DNA from: Antedon mediterranea
Lineage: Eukaryota; Animalia; Echinodermata
Direction of reading: 5' to 3'
Assembly: GCF_964355755.1 (NCBI RefSeq)
Contig: NC_092673.1
Location: forward strand, 12,062,948-12,126,947
DNA: 64,000 nt
The translations under genes and the position numbers were made by a program. Positions 46,901 to 58,529 of this stretch are shown piece after piece (within the stretch, counting starts at the first letter, position 1; each line of letters opens with the position of its first letter). The notes below the pieces were generated by a model. The model worked only from the letters and a program-made list of their open reading frames with translations, did not search any database and was not told where the DNA came from.

Positions 46901-48806
46901 AAACAACAAGTTCACGTAATTAACAGGTAAATTAATTTTTTTACATTTCATCTGGAAAATTATCATGAGCGAAAGTAAACAAAGATTTCAAACCATGAGT
47001 ATGCATTATGCATGATGCTAATTAGGATTGTTTACAATTCGTCACGGTTGAGAAGGTGTTTTCACACAGATCGCGAGGAAGTTTTATGATTATGCATACA
47101 GAGTAGCTAATTAAGCACGTTGCATTATGAGATATGTTTTGATCAAAAACTTTGACTGGAAGTCAAAGTTATTTTTTTAACAAAAAAACGTCTGTATTTC
47201 AGTTAAAATGGACCTGAAATGGATTTTCGATTTTCAAGAAATTCACACATGTTATTTAAATGTATCAAATTAACACAAACCCATACAAATAAAAACAAAA
47301 TGTATAGTATTTTGAGTAAAAACGAAATTTTAAGATACCATGGTAAATTAGCGAAAATTACTCACGCCATTGCAATATTCTATTTCAACGGCCGTCGGAA
47401 GCCCCTATATTCACGATGTCACATATACACACGATGATATCGAGAGCGTGTATGCCGCCCGATAGTCAGTGAATGATCGACGGCCTGGAAAGATACCCGA
47501 AGCGTTGACACTAATACTAATTTATTCAATATCTAATGTTGTTGAAATATAGGTCCCTAAAATGTACTTCGTTTGTTCTAAACCCGAATTTAGAAGGCCT
47601 ACCTCCCAAACCTTTACTAGGCCTAACTAGGCTAGGCCCCCAATCCAGCGCGCGGAGTCGATCCACTACCCACATCATGCGGCGAGGCTCCGTTTCATGT
47701 GCATCCAAGGACCAAAGCGATATCAACAACTTGCTGCGCTCATTGTCAAGCCAAAGTAAAATATGAATAAAATTCGTTTTCGAACTGCCTGATTCGTGAC
47801 AAATAAATTATCATCTCATATTACTAATTTAATTCTGCTAAACTAAAAACTAAAGAAACTAACACATTTTAGCAGTATAAATTACGAACGATATACAAAA
47901 TACACGAACGGAAAATATGGATACGCATCATTGCGCACGGAGCTGTATCCCGGACAACGTTGCCAGGCCAACTTCGGTATTGCCAGAAAAAACCCGTTGA
48001 TTTTAAGATTTTAAATCGTCATTTACTCGATAAATAACCGTTTATACGGTAATAATTTTATCTAAAAAAATTCTAAATACGTTTCTGCAAATGCACAAGC
48101 ATTTTTTAGAAAATACTCCATAGATTTCAAGAGTTATAGCCAAAAAACTGCAAATTGTCCATTGGAGGGATAGGAATATATTCGCAAAGTGACGTCACCC
48201 GCGAATTTTTTTGATTTTCAAATAGGGCTTTCCCCAAAAGGGCCAATTTATATTTTGTAACAATATACATTCTATCAACACCTAATAGCCCCCAAAACAT
48301 CATTCTAAAATGAAAAAAATCGAAAATCCATTTCAGGTCCATTTTAAACGATTTTTTTTTCGACAAATTTTTTGTGAAAGTTAATAACTATTTTGATACT
48401 TCAAAATGTCCCACCTTTTTTCGAAATCCGTTTTTTTAATATTTTTTGGGAATTAGTCAAAGGGACAATACATCTTTAACATAGATCGAAAACCAAATAA
48501 TTTTAATTTGAAACTTAGCAAAAGTGTAATTTATATCATGTGGTAACTTTCTGTTGAAAAAAAATGGCATGTTTCACAGAAAGTTACACGCACATACACA
48601 TTTAAAAATTAAAAATGCGAAAACAAAATTTACATGACATTTTGAAAGTTTTTCCTTGAGACTTTAATATAGGCCACCATAAGTATCATACTGTGATCCT
48701 ACCTACCGTTCTTCTCCATTTCATGAAGGAAACTCGTTTGAACATAGTTATCAGGAAAACATTGATTTATATAAAGCACCTTCTTCCAGTTTTTTTCTCT
48801 CTCCAT
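34995..48806 (-). CDS. PIGC: Phosphatidylinositol N-acetylglucosaminyltransferase subunit C (GPI2 family), 275 aa
   Basis: Eight phase-consistent GT-AG exons: 48806-48707 ([22 protein letters not shown]), 45354-45285 ([18 protein letters not shown]), 44546-44407, 42837-42728 ([21 protein letters not shown]), 42577-42522, 42409-42265 ([17 protein letters not shown]), 37615-37449, 35034-34995 ([12 protein letters not shown]). Total 828 nt. An acceptor at 48822 implies an upstream non-coding exon. Confidence 0.95.
36335..37346. mobile_element. Old Tc1/mariner-pogo-like non-autonomous element
   Basis: Degenerate ends with TTTTGCG..CGCGAAAATAAA and CGCAAACATTTTTGGCTTTACA motifs. TIRs poorly preserved. 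Confidence 0.35.
37858..39935. mobile_element. Non-autonomous DNA transposon with ~90-bp TIRs, 8-bp TSD and an internal satellite (2078 bp)
   Basis: TIR GGA(T/G)TA(C/T)GGTCGAAGCGGCCGCCAAC.. at both ends and a perfect TSD CTCCAGAG (37850-37857, 39936-39943). GG termini with an 8-bp TSD suggest Merlin or MULE; superfamily unresolved. Confidence 0.85.
38625..39667 (+). repeat. 72-77-bp tandem repeat, ~13-14 copies
   Basis: CCGTACGT recurs at 38671, 38746, 38821, 38896, 38968, 39045, 39122, 39196, 39273, 39347, 39424 and 39498. Confidence 0.95.
40204..41723. mobile_element. Non-autonomous hAT transposon (1520 bp) with an internal ~300-bp tandem duplication
   Basis: TIR CAGTGGTGGCGCCAG / CTGGCGCCACCCCTG, 8-bp TSD TGTGGTAA (40196-40203, 41724-41731) and subterminal AGCCCCC repeats. 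~40274-40585 is duplicated at ~40594-40860. Confidence 0.92.
41945..42040 (-). mobile_element. Penelope-like retroelement fragment
   Basis: Peptide [29 protein letters not shown] matches the linker preceding the GIY-YIG endonuclease of Penelope elements. Confidence 0.7.
45996..46104 (+). mobile_element. Minimal HINE/DINE-1-like element (~108 bp)
   Basis: TTTTTAGTCGC..GCGACT 5' IR, GGTCGGTT core, 3' subTIR CACGCGACT, stem-loop GCCAT..ATGGC and CTTGT end. Confidence 0.8.
46788..48475. mobile_element. Kolobok-like MITE, copy 3, with a nested insertion
   Basis: TIR AGATGTATTGTCCCTT / AAGGGACAATACATCT with TTAA TSD; same family as 13128-13665. Confidence 0.9.
47207..48343. mobile_element. Second TTAA-targeting (Kolobok-like) non-autonomous element, 1137 bp
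   Basis: Perfect TIR AATGGACCTGAAATGGATTTTCGATTTT with TTAA duplication (47203-47206, 48344-48347). The empty site TATTTCAGTTAAATT is seen in copy 1 (~12973-12987). Confidence 0.9.
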
Positions 48807-50099
48807 TATGAATCACCTTATCTATAGAAAAGATAGGTTTGTACTGTCAACTAATATTTGGAGCATAAATGAAATGATGTTTGTAGGTTGTCAAAATATT
48901 GATTAGGTTTATTTCACAACTGAAGACTGCCCTCTGTGATGATTGACAAGTTTTTTTAGAATGAAAAATTTAACAATATTTAAACTTATTTCTGGAAATA
49001 AAACTATCTTCTATAATATAATACTTAATAGCACTAAGCCAAAATTTGTTCCTCTATCTCCTCTTAAACCACAAGTCCGTTCGAGCTGAGGCACCTTTTA
49101 ATTTTAGTATTTAATGCATTAGTCTATATTAGAACGGCAAATTTGTACGAAAAATATGCTTTTTAGACCAATTTCTTTGCCACTGCCGAACCTTAATCCT
49201 CAGCCATTTTCCTAAGTCACAATTTGGTCACATGGGTCATTAGCAATATCGAGACAGCATGCAGCACATGTGTGATCAGCGCAGTGCTGCCGTACACCAT
49301 TTCAATTGAATCTTACAGGTGGTAAGTACAATACTGACATATTGTATTCTTGCTCATGTTTCTACCTCATGCACGCTGTTTCTGATAAACATAAGATATA
49401 ATCACATCGATAATTAAGGAGATTTATGAAGACAAGAAACCACTGCTTAGCCATATATTAAAAACATGTTTGTTGTACTTGAGACCACAAGAGACGCTAA
49501 AAGCATTACATGGTCAAATGCATAATTTAATATTCTATAGAAGATTAACGCAATTTTTAATGGCAGGAGGTGGCAGGCCAATATGATAATTCAAATAAGA
49601 AAATTGCATATTATTATTACCAACTACTGTACTTAAAATTACCGGTCGTAAGAAAGTGAACTTTTTGTAGTTCGATTCTGATGAAATTAAAACAGAATTG
49701 TTAAGCAATAATAATATATTGTTGTTGTCAAGCAATATATTGTTGTTGTCAATTAATCATCGATGCAGACATGTCAATCAATAGAATAATTAGACTGCAC
49801 ATACGATTTCTACATGGCTACATTTTGTCCTCCTAGGAGGAGGTGCTAAAGTAGGCCTAAAAAACTAGGCCTAGGGCCTAGCTGTTTCAGTTTACATGGT
49901 TTGACCACTCAAAAAGAAAAACATACTGTTACTGTTAGTGTTATAGGCCTCCTCTCTTTCCAGGCCTAACTAAGCCTAGCTAGGCAGGGCCCCCAGGCCT
50001 AACTATCATTCATAACACAAGCTAGGAGATCCATACACGACTCAATTATAAGTATATAAATAAATAAGAGCTCTCTAGGCCTATATGAACTTAAATTAA

Positions 50100-50461
50100 T
50101 CAGATCAAACTTGTGGTGCACCCTGTTATCTTGGACATATGACCGTTTCGGCCACAGCAGACAGTTGTTTCGGCCACAACAGATTTCTATGGAGCGCCAT
50201 TCACGCATATATTTAGACCGTGCTATTGTTATTGTTTTTGCTATTACTTTATTAGTTATCGCATCGCATGCTTTGTTGTACAGTATTTTTATGGAACAAA
50301 GAGGAATATTAGGAACTCACACATCAATACAATCAGAATCAAGCAGAAAATTAATGATAAGAAAAACAAATTAACTTCTTGATTTGGTAATAATTGCGCG
50401 CCAAAATATTCCGTTTTTTGGGAAAAATATTCAGCAACGTTTTAAACATAGAGGGCAGTAT
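50100..50461 (-). promoter_or_regulatory. Candidate PIGC promoter / non-coding first exon region
   Basis: Relatively CpG-richer unique sequence upstream of the PIGC ATG exon, with an E2F-like TTTTGGCGCGCAA (minus, 50394-50406) and a CTCF-like TAGAGGGCAGTA (~50449-50460). Start site not determined. Confidence 0.3.
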
Positions 50462-50478
50462 GAAAATTCGTGTTAGAC

Positions 50479-51395
50479 TTTTTAGTCGCGTGGAAGCGAC
50501 TCTATAGTTCACTATGTCGGTCGGTCGGTCTGTCTGTCGGTCTGTCTGTCGGTCTGTCTGTCTGTCTGTCGGTCCAGTATCACTATGCGTTTTATCGCTT
50601 TATGACCTTATCTTGATATCAGTTTAATCTAGCTAAGTCAATTTTTCACAGAATATTCCTTATGGCCAGGAATCGATGTGGTTATGTTTTCACGGTGCGC
50701 AATAAGCGTTTTATCGCTTTATGACCTTATCTTGATATCAGTTTAATCTAGCTAAGTCAATTTTTCACAGAATATTCCTTATGGCCAGGAATCGATGTGG
50801 TTATGTTTTTACGGTGCGCAATAAAAAATTACGCGGTCTACGCACGATTTAACGAAATCACGTTTGTAATCATATCTTAACAACCATGAATCACAATTAA
50901 ATAAAATTTGGTACTCATAAATTTCAGGGCATAAATCATCATATGGCAATACAATTACGTGCGTAGCGCATGTAACGCATGCGTACGCGCGCTTAAAATT
51001 TTCAAAATTTATTTTCGATGAAATAAGAGTACGTTTCAGGCAATTTTAAGCGTTTACAAAATTGCCATGAGTGCGCAGATTTTTGCGCGCGCACTGCGCG
51101 TTAAATTTTATTGCGCACTCTTTTTGCCCGATTTCTGTTTTCTTGACTTACTTTTCAACTCGAAATTACGTTATACGAGCACGTCAAAAGTGACAGGCTA
51201 CGCACGTGTAAATTTAAAAAATATAAATGTTTTTAAACATTTCAACATTTTTAAACATGTTCAGTAATTTCGGTCAGTATAGTTCACTATGTCGGTCGGT
51301 CCGTCTGTCTGTCGGTCTGTCTGTCGGTCTGTTTGTCTGTCGTTCCTGTATCACTATGCATTGTAGCACGCGACTTAATGGCTGTTGGCCTTGTT
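50479..51395 (+). mobile_element. HINE/DINE-1-like element (~915 bp)
   Basis: TTTTTAGTCGCGTG..GCGACT 5' end, (GTCT/GTCG)n microsatellite cores at ~50515 and ~51290, internal 119-bp duplication, 3' CACGCGACT plus hairpin and CTTGTT. Confidence 0.85.
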
Positions 51396-52183
51396 CTCAT
51401 TCGTGTTAGACTTTTCCTTTTTAGTCTTTAGATGCTCTTATCCATAGATATATTTGGTTTTATTTTATCTCATATTATCTGAATTATTCTAGTATTAATA
51501 AAGGATGACAACAAAATCAAAAAGATTAATTTAAAACGATAATAACATTTAGAAATGTTTTTTACTTGAATGTTGATGTTGTGGGTCACTATCATTCATT
51601 TTATTGGTCAAAATCATTGTCAACATAATGTATACAAGCGAAACTTCGTTTTAAAAAATTGTTAATTTTCCCTAATGCATGTTTCGTTGTGTTGATAAAT
51701 GCTGTTTTACTATTTTCTAAATATGCTGATCTGACAATACTGCTACTTGGAATAATATTCCAATCCTTTATGGCTGTACAGTAAAAAGTCCCATATTATT
51801 TGTTGTTTTTGGTAGGATGGTTAACACCACGTGTACCATACTATGGTTGTGTTGATCCAGCATCAAACACAAAACTTCCAACGTTTAGGATTGTTTTTTA
51901 AAGGTTTTACAAACGCTAATAAAACTTTTCAAAAGGACCATGTTTTAAACATATAAAACGGTTTTTGAATGACGTTTTTGAAACGTTTTTTTGACGTTCA
52001 TAATCACACACCTTTATTATCAAATTTATAAAATGCACAGATCAAAAACTGAAGTCAGTAAATTATGCATTGAAATTAATCATTATTTATAGAATCGGGA
52101 TCTCGGGATCAGGATAAACTTGTTACCACCTTCAATCATTGAATTTGAGATGCTGTTTGAGTGGGCTATTCTTAGTTGATCTT

Positions 52184-52276
52184 AAACAAGGCCATATACA
52201 TGGCTGCAGTCGCGTGCTGAAATTTGTTTACCGACCAACCGACCATCCGACCAACCGACCGACATAGTGAGCTGTA
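52184..52276 (-). mobile_element. Truncated copy of the minimal HINE
   Basis: Reverse complement of ~46017-46102 (AACAAGGCCATATACATGGCTGCAGTCGCGTGC..CCGACC repeats..CATAGTGAGCTGTA). Confidence 0.8.
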
Positions 52277-53399
52277 TGGCATCTTGAATGAGTGCAAAGA
52301 CTAGTGCAAGGCATTGTTATTACATTTGACACATTTGTATTTAAAGAATAAATCTTCTCTGCAACTATGGACTGTGTTTAACTTAAATTGTACAACTATC
52401 TACAACATTAATTAATAGACTTAATTTTGTCCAACATATTATCTTGGTCATTAATTCATTCAGTATAATTATAACAGACTATATAATAATAATAATATTA
52501 TTCTGCATTACTTTTTTCTTTGAACTTGCAGAATATAATACCATGCATGATGAACATAACGTTTACTAGCGTATTGATTAAGAAATGATGCTTTTCTATA
52601 AACAAAATTTTGTCTTGCACAATGTTTTTTGTCTAACATTGTACTAACAACATTTCCACTATTTAACGACTGATCAGGTGATAAACCTAGGTAATTTATT
52701 TTAAGTTCCGTTACAACAAATCGAGAACTTATTTACTTGTTTTTATCTGTGAATTGTTCAAAATAAAATAGACTAGTTTTTTCCTATATTTATAATTTAT
52801 TATCAACCAACCAATCATTACATGATTCAAGTACTTATATATCGGATCTAGGCCTACTTGACATTAAGCACTATCGTCTGCATATAGCATAAGCTATAAA
52901 CATTGTTACGCATGTCATTGTTACAAAGAAGGGACCCTAAGTATGCTTCCTTGTGAACCGGAGTTTGTTTTGTTGATACATTACATTGTTCCGAGTCAGT
53001 ACCAAAGCTTTTTTCTTAGGGACTGCTGAAGTTTTTTTGATACATCGGTGAAAAAAATATTAAAATTTTCAGCAATTTTTTTGTTGGTTCTCTATATTAA
53101 TTTAATGATATTTGGGAAGATTTTTAGTTTTATCATTAAAAAAACTAATGTCCTACGCACGGGCCTAAATTCTCCAGCTAATTAATATTGTATTTCATTG
53201 TTTATGATTAGGTTGTTTTGAATTATGTATGATTTTCAGAGCTTTTATCATATGAAAATGGTTGGTCAAAATCTGTGCAGTTTTCTCATTTCATCTAAAA
53301 ATACTCTAGTAGCTAGATCAACTTTCGTATGCACTTTGAGGTCCAGAGAATTTGACTTCAGAAATTGGTTTAGGGTGGTCAAACAATCATTTTTGGCTT

Positions 53400-54020
53400 G
53401 GTTACACATTTTGAAAATGTGGCGAAAGGTCAAAAGGTCAGGGTGAAAGGTTAAGACCAAACGCCAATATGTCCTTAAATCTCAACAACCACTGGTCACA
53501 GCGAAGTAATTTTGGTCTCAAATTGATCAGAAGGTATACATTTATATTCAGTCTAATGGGACATTTTAGTTAAAAATGACCGGAAATGCCATTTCTGACC
53601 TTTGACCCACAACACAGGGCATGTATTTATCTCCGTAACTACTGGTCGTAGACACTTGAATTTGGTTTTAAATTGTTCGAAATATATATTTTGTTATTTC
53701 TTACATATTTTGAAAAATGTTACAAAGGTCAAAGGGTCAGGGTCAAGGGTTACATGAACAAATAAATAAAGGTACTTGTATCTCGGCAACCACTGGTCGC
53801 AGCAAGTCAATTTTGATCTCAAAATGTTCAGAAGGCATGCATTTATATTCCGTCTAATGGGGCATTTTAGTAAAAAATGATCAGAAATGCCATTTCTGAC
53901 CTTTGACCCACATACCAGGGCATCTTCATATCTCTGTAAGTACTGGTCGTAGAAACTTAAATTTGGTATCAAATTGTTCGAAATATACATATTTACATTC
54001 ATTGTAATAGAAAATGTGGT
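53400..54020 (+). repeat. ~300-bp diverged tandem duplication, probably internal to an old repeat element
   Basis: 53402-53700 matches 53701-54015, sharing AAAGGTCAAA.GGTCAGGGT, CAACCACTGGTC and GAAATGCCATTTCTGACCTTTGACCCACA. Confidence 0.85.
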
Positions 54021-55325
54021 TAAAAGATGAACAGAAAATACTATTACTAATGTTTCAAACAAAAAACATATCTCTACACAACTTATCCTATCCTTAGACA
54101 GTAATGTTATGCAATAACTGATACTTTAAATTGTTTCAATTTCAAGTAGGCCTACTAGTTATTGCTGTCCACGAGAACATTTTGATATAAACGTCAAGCT
54201 CAACAGTTCTTTTCAGAATGCTAGAAGTAACTTGCCATGTGTATCCGATTAAACGCCCTGGGCATTTATTGTTCAAAAGAGTTTTTAGGGGGAGGGGAGG
54301 CATCATTATTTGGGGTATAATATGGTAACATGTATAATCAAATAAATACCACCTAGATGTAAAAAAATACAGCACAATTAATATCAAAAGATGATAAAAT
54401 TATGTCAAAATGCTTGGTAAATTGTAGATTATGGTAGTTAATGAAATGTGTTGTGATACAATTATTTAGTAAATGCATGTGGCGGAGCGTTTATTCCACA
54501 TGATGTTCTATTGGAGGGAATGGTGGCGTTTATTTGAGGAAGGCTTTTATTCAAAGAGGGTGTTAATTCGAATAAATACTCGAGCTCAACAGTTAAGAAT
54601 GCTAGAAGTAACTTACCATAGTTACCCGAATAAAAGGCCCGGGCATTTAAATGTTCGGGGAAGGCGTTTATTTTGTTTGGGTGTAATAATGGTAACATGT
54701 ATAATCAAATAAATACACCCCAGATAAAAAAAATAATAATTAATATAATAAGAATAATAACTGGATTAAACCTCATTCTATCCTGGTGCAAGTACAATCA
54801 TGTACTAAAAGGTATCAGAGACAACTATAATAGACCAATTCATTGTCATTATTCCGTAACACTGTTGCATAATATTTTTTAATGTTACCGACAAAACTTA
54901 TACCTAATATGTATAAGTTTTGTCGGTGTATATTATACACGTCTGTTCCCAGTGTACAGTAGATAATAAAATAATATATGTTTCTGGAGATTTATTATCA
55001 ATACGACTAGAAACTTTGACATGTTTTAGGTACTGAATGCATTGACAATAAAAGCATCAGAAGTTATCATGATAAAATCATACTACACAAGGGTGTTTTC
55101 AGGAAAGCTAGACATATTATACAAAAGTAATGAAACTATGTATTGGCATTTAAAAATATGCAAAAGATTGTTGTCAACTTGTAGTCACAAACAAACAGAT
55201 GATAGAATGAAGATCCATTATGAGGATAATGATATGTCATTGTTTTATATCATTATACTGGCACCTGGAGGAGAAGATCCATTTAATGTTATCTATGACA
55301 GTATTATATTTGCCTTTTTTTAAAG

Positions 55326-55638
55326 GATGAACTGGACACGGTGACAAATGAGTGGAATGCCCATCGCATCTCAAGTCATGGTACGTTTGGACGCCGCAAT
55401 GATGTACAATGTACCATACTTATTCAGGGGACAAGAGTGTATTATTCCCGTTGATGTGGCTAAAGTTGAAGTTTGTGAAAGTGAATCCATCTTCAAAAGC
55501 CAGATTCCATGCGATAAGGACGTGTTCGACTTATGTTCCATATTCTTGGAAGAATGGCAGCTATCGATGCCGAAAACATGTGATGAAGGTTTGCAGTTAT
55601 ACAGCAGTCTTAGAAATATGTTTCTTGACGTCATCTGA
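55326..55638 (+). pseudogene. Relic of an IS3EU-type DDE transposase C-terminal exon
   Basis: After acceptor TTTTTTTAAAG it reads DELDTVTNEWNAHRI..GR, then a frameshift to MMYNVPYLF..PCDKDVFDLC..LQLYSSLR. The pattern is recalled from IS3EU-like integrase proteins. Confidence 0.6.
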
Positions 55639-56149
55639 TCAAATGCCACAGCAAGCACGTGATATCACATTATCATGTTATAAATCGGTTTTTTTATTAA
55701 TTAATTGTCGCTGTGATATTATTTCCAATACAAAGTTAGAACAATTGCAACGAACACATGTAATGAATACAATATAAACAATTATGTTTATAGTATTATG
55801 TTCAGTTGGTGATGATCAGACAGAATTGTGTTATGTAGCTGTACAATACAGTAAAACAGATGTAATTTAACAACAACATTTTGTTGTAGATATAAATTCA
55901 TGCATAATTTTTTCCTCACGGATGTTATGACGTCATCGTATGGCAACACGAATGTAAAATATAGGATTTTTGTCTCTTTCGTTATTGCTCATCACATTCA
56001 ATGGAGCGCATCACGCTTATCCGTATTACATTTTCTCCGAGATTTTAATATTTTCTAGGTCAATCAACTATCTTTCGCATTAGTTTAAAATATTTTAATT
56101 TTTATGACATCATCATGCCTAAACATTTTAATTACGTGGGTCCGGTTTG

Positions 56150-56845
56150 ATGGCCTACATATTGGTGGCGTACTAGTCAATCCATCATCAGAAGTTCGTA
56201 ACCTTGGTGAACTTGATTGTAAAATGACCATGGAATCACATATCAACAAAATCTGCCGATCTGCTATTTTCCCTTTATGTAACATCGCCAAGATCAGACG
56301 TTACTTGAACCATTGTGCAACAGAGCAGATTGTACATGCTTTTGTTACCAGTCGGCTTGGTATGGGAAATTCCCTGCTGTATGGTCTGCCAAAGAAGCAG
56401 TTGCGGACTCTCCAGGTGCAAAATTGGGCAGCTCGCTTGGTGATGTTTGCCAAGAAGTATGATCACGTCACACCATTGTTCAAAGAGTTAAATTGGCTAC
56501 CCATGGAGTCACGTGTTAAATTTAAGATCCTGCTGCTGCTGTTCCGATGCCTAAATAGTTGCCCTCCAAAATATCTCTCAGAATTGTTGACAGTCAAGAA
56601 GGGAAAGCGAGAACTAAGATCTAGTCATCAGGTGCTACTGGACATTCCAAGGAGCAAACATAGTTGGGGAGATCGGACTTTCAGTGTTGCTGGACCTTGG
56701 CTCTGGAACCACCTACCCTTGAACATTAAACACACATCATTATTGAGTCACTTTAAGTCACTACTCAAAAGTCACCTTTTCTGATTTTTTCTACAGCGCC
56801 ATGAGCAATGAATGTTGGAATGGCGCTATATAGGCCTAAATCGAA

Positions 56846-56879
<34 letters not shown>
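56150..56879 (+). mobile_element. L2 LINE 3' end with (GATT)n tail
   Basis: VRNLG, HAFVTSRL..NSLLYGLP, QNWAARLV, DHVTPLFKELNWLP, GDRTFSVAGPWLWNHLP, FKSLLKSHLF*. Conserved 3' stem AGCGCCAT..ATGGCGCT and (GATT)n at 56847-56879. Confidence 0.92.
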
Positions 56880-56881
<2 letters not shown>

Positions 56882-58529
56882 CATTAATTTCATCTTTACA
56901 GTAAATGTTACTATGTTATAGCTCGTAAGAATGAAATGTGATAATCACGATTAAAACGTTTTTCTGGAAGCTATTGGATTGTAGATACGAATTTATGTGA
57001 TCATTTTGGCAATCGGATGTTGTGACGTCCTCATATGTCAACTTGACTTAAAACAGTCGTATTTTATCTTTTGCGTCATAGTTCATTACATTTAAAAGAG
57101 CGCGCATCAATATTTCACGTATTCAAATTTCTTCTGCACGTTAAGATGTTGTTGCTGAGATGATTTCCTTCCGAAATTGCTATCTTTGTGTTTTATTTTG
57201 ATGACGTCATCATGTAAAATATTTGAATTAAAGGCCGGTCCCGTAATTTATTTAATATGTCATAATATAAAATACAATGTACACCAGCATAGGCTCTGAT
57301 GTGAGCAAATTGTTGTTTGCCGCCCTCGGTATCATAGAATTTAATGTCTCCTTGTATACACAGTATAATTATAATACATTGTAGCATAGGCGAAAATACA
57401 GGACCACCTCTTATTATAGTTTTTAAAATAGCGATGTTACATCCATGTCTCATAACTCTCTCCAAATTTAAAGTGAGAGTCATAAAACTTAATATGGAAG
57501 CTGTTGAATTTTAGATATGAATTCATGTAAACATTTTCCTATTGGATTTTGTGACGTCATCTGGCCAGGTCAAGTAAAATCGGAGTTTCATTCCAGTTAA
57601 GAACGCGCATCTGGAAATATATGTTATATCAGAACTTTGATTTTTATATGTTTTAACTCAGAATATTGCATTTCATTCTCCGATTGGTTTGTAATTTGGT
57701 TATCTAATATCCTGTTTCTATTTCAAGTTTGAACATTATAATGTCAATTCAACAATGTGTGTTATACAAACTCTGTATTTTAAACTTATTTGATTTAATA
57801 GTTTACATAAATAAGAATTGTATATTTTTTTTTCATATCATACACATATTTTCCATATTAATTCGTCTATGGATAAACAATTATACTGATATTGTTTTTT
57901 TCACATGGATAATTTTTGGTTTATGCAAAATTCGCCAACAAGACGTGGCATTGAATACTCTACGTGAACAATTCTATCTGTCATAAAACTAGCCATTAGA
58001 CTACCAACAAATATCTAAAACATTAATAAATACAAAAATAGGATAAACAAGCAGCTAAACAAGGAAATAAAGAAGAAATAAAAGAAGAAACCATTTAATA
58101 GTGAATTATATGTGCAAATTAAAGATTTTTTTTACTACAATATAATAATTATAAGACTATTTATTTATAAACAGATTTATTAAAAATAATGATAGGACGT
58201 ATAATAAAAGTATTTTTACGCGGTATTGTTTAAGTTGTCGCACTTACTTATACAATTTGCATTAAATTAGTACCCCAATATAATGTGTTGTCTATTCCAA
58301 TATACTTCTACGGGTAGTAACATCATCAATAACAGCATAATTATGCACAAAGGGTTCTTTTCTGAAGTCCCTAATTATCTCTTCTGTTAATATATCTATG
58401 ACTGTCTTTAATTCTTGTAATGGACCCCATTTTGCTTGACCACAAACATTGATTACAATTTGAAACCATTTAATTTCATTACACTCCGTAACACTTGCAT
58501 AAGAAGCCTACTTGTGTTGAATTATTATA

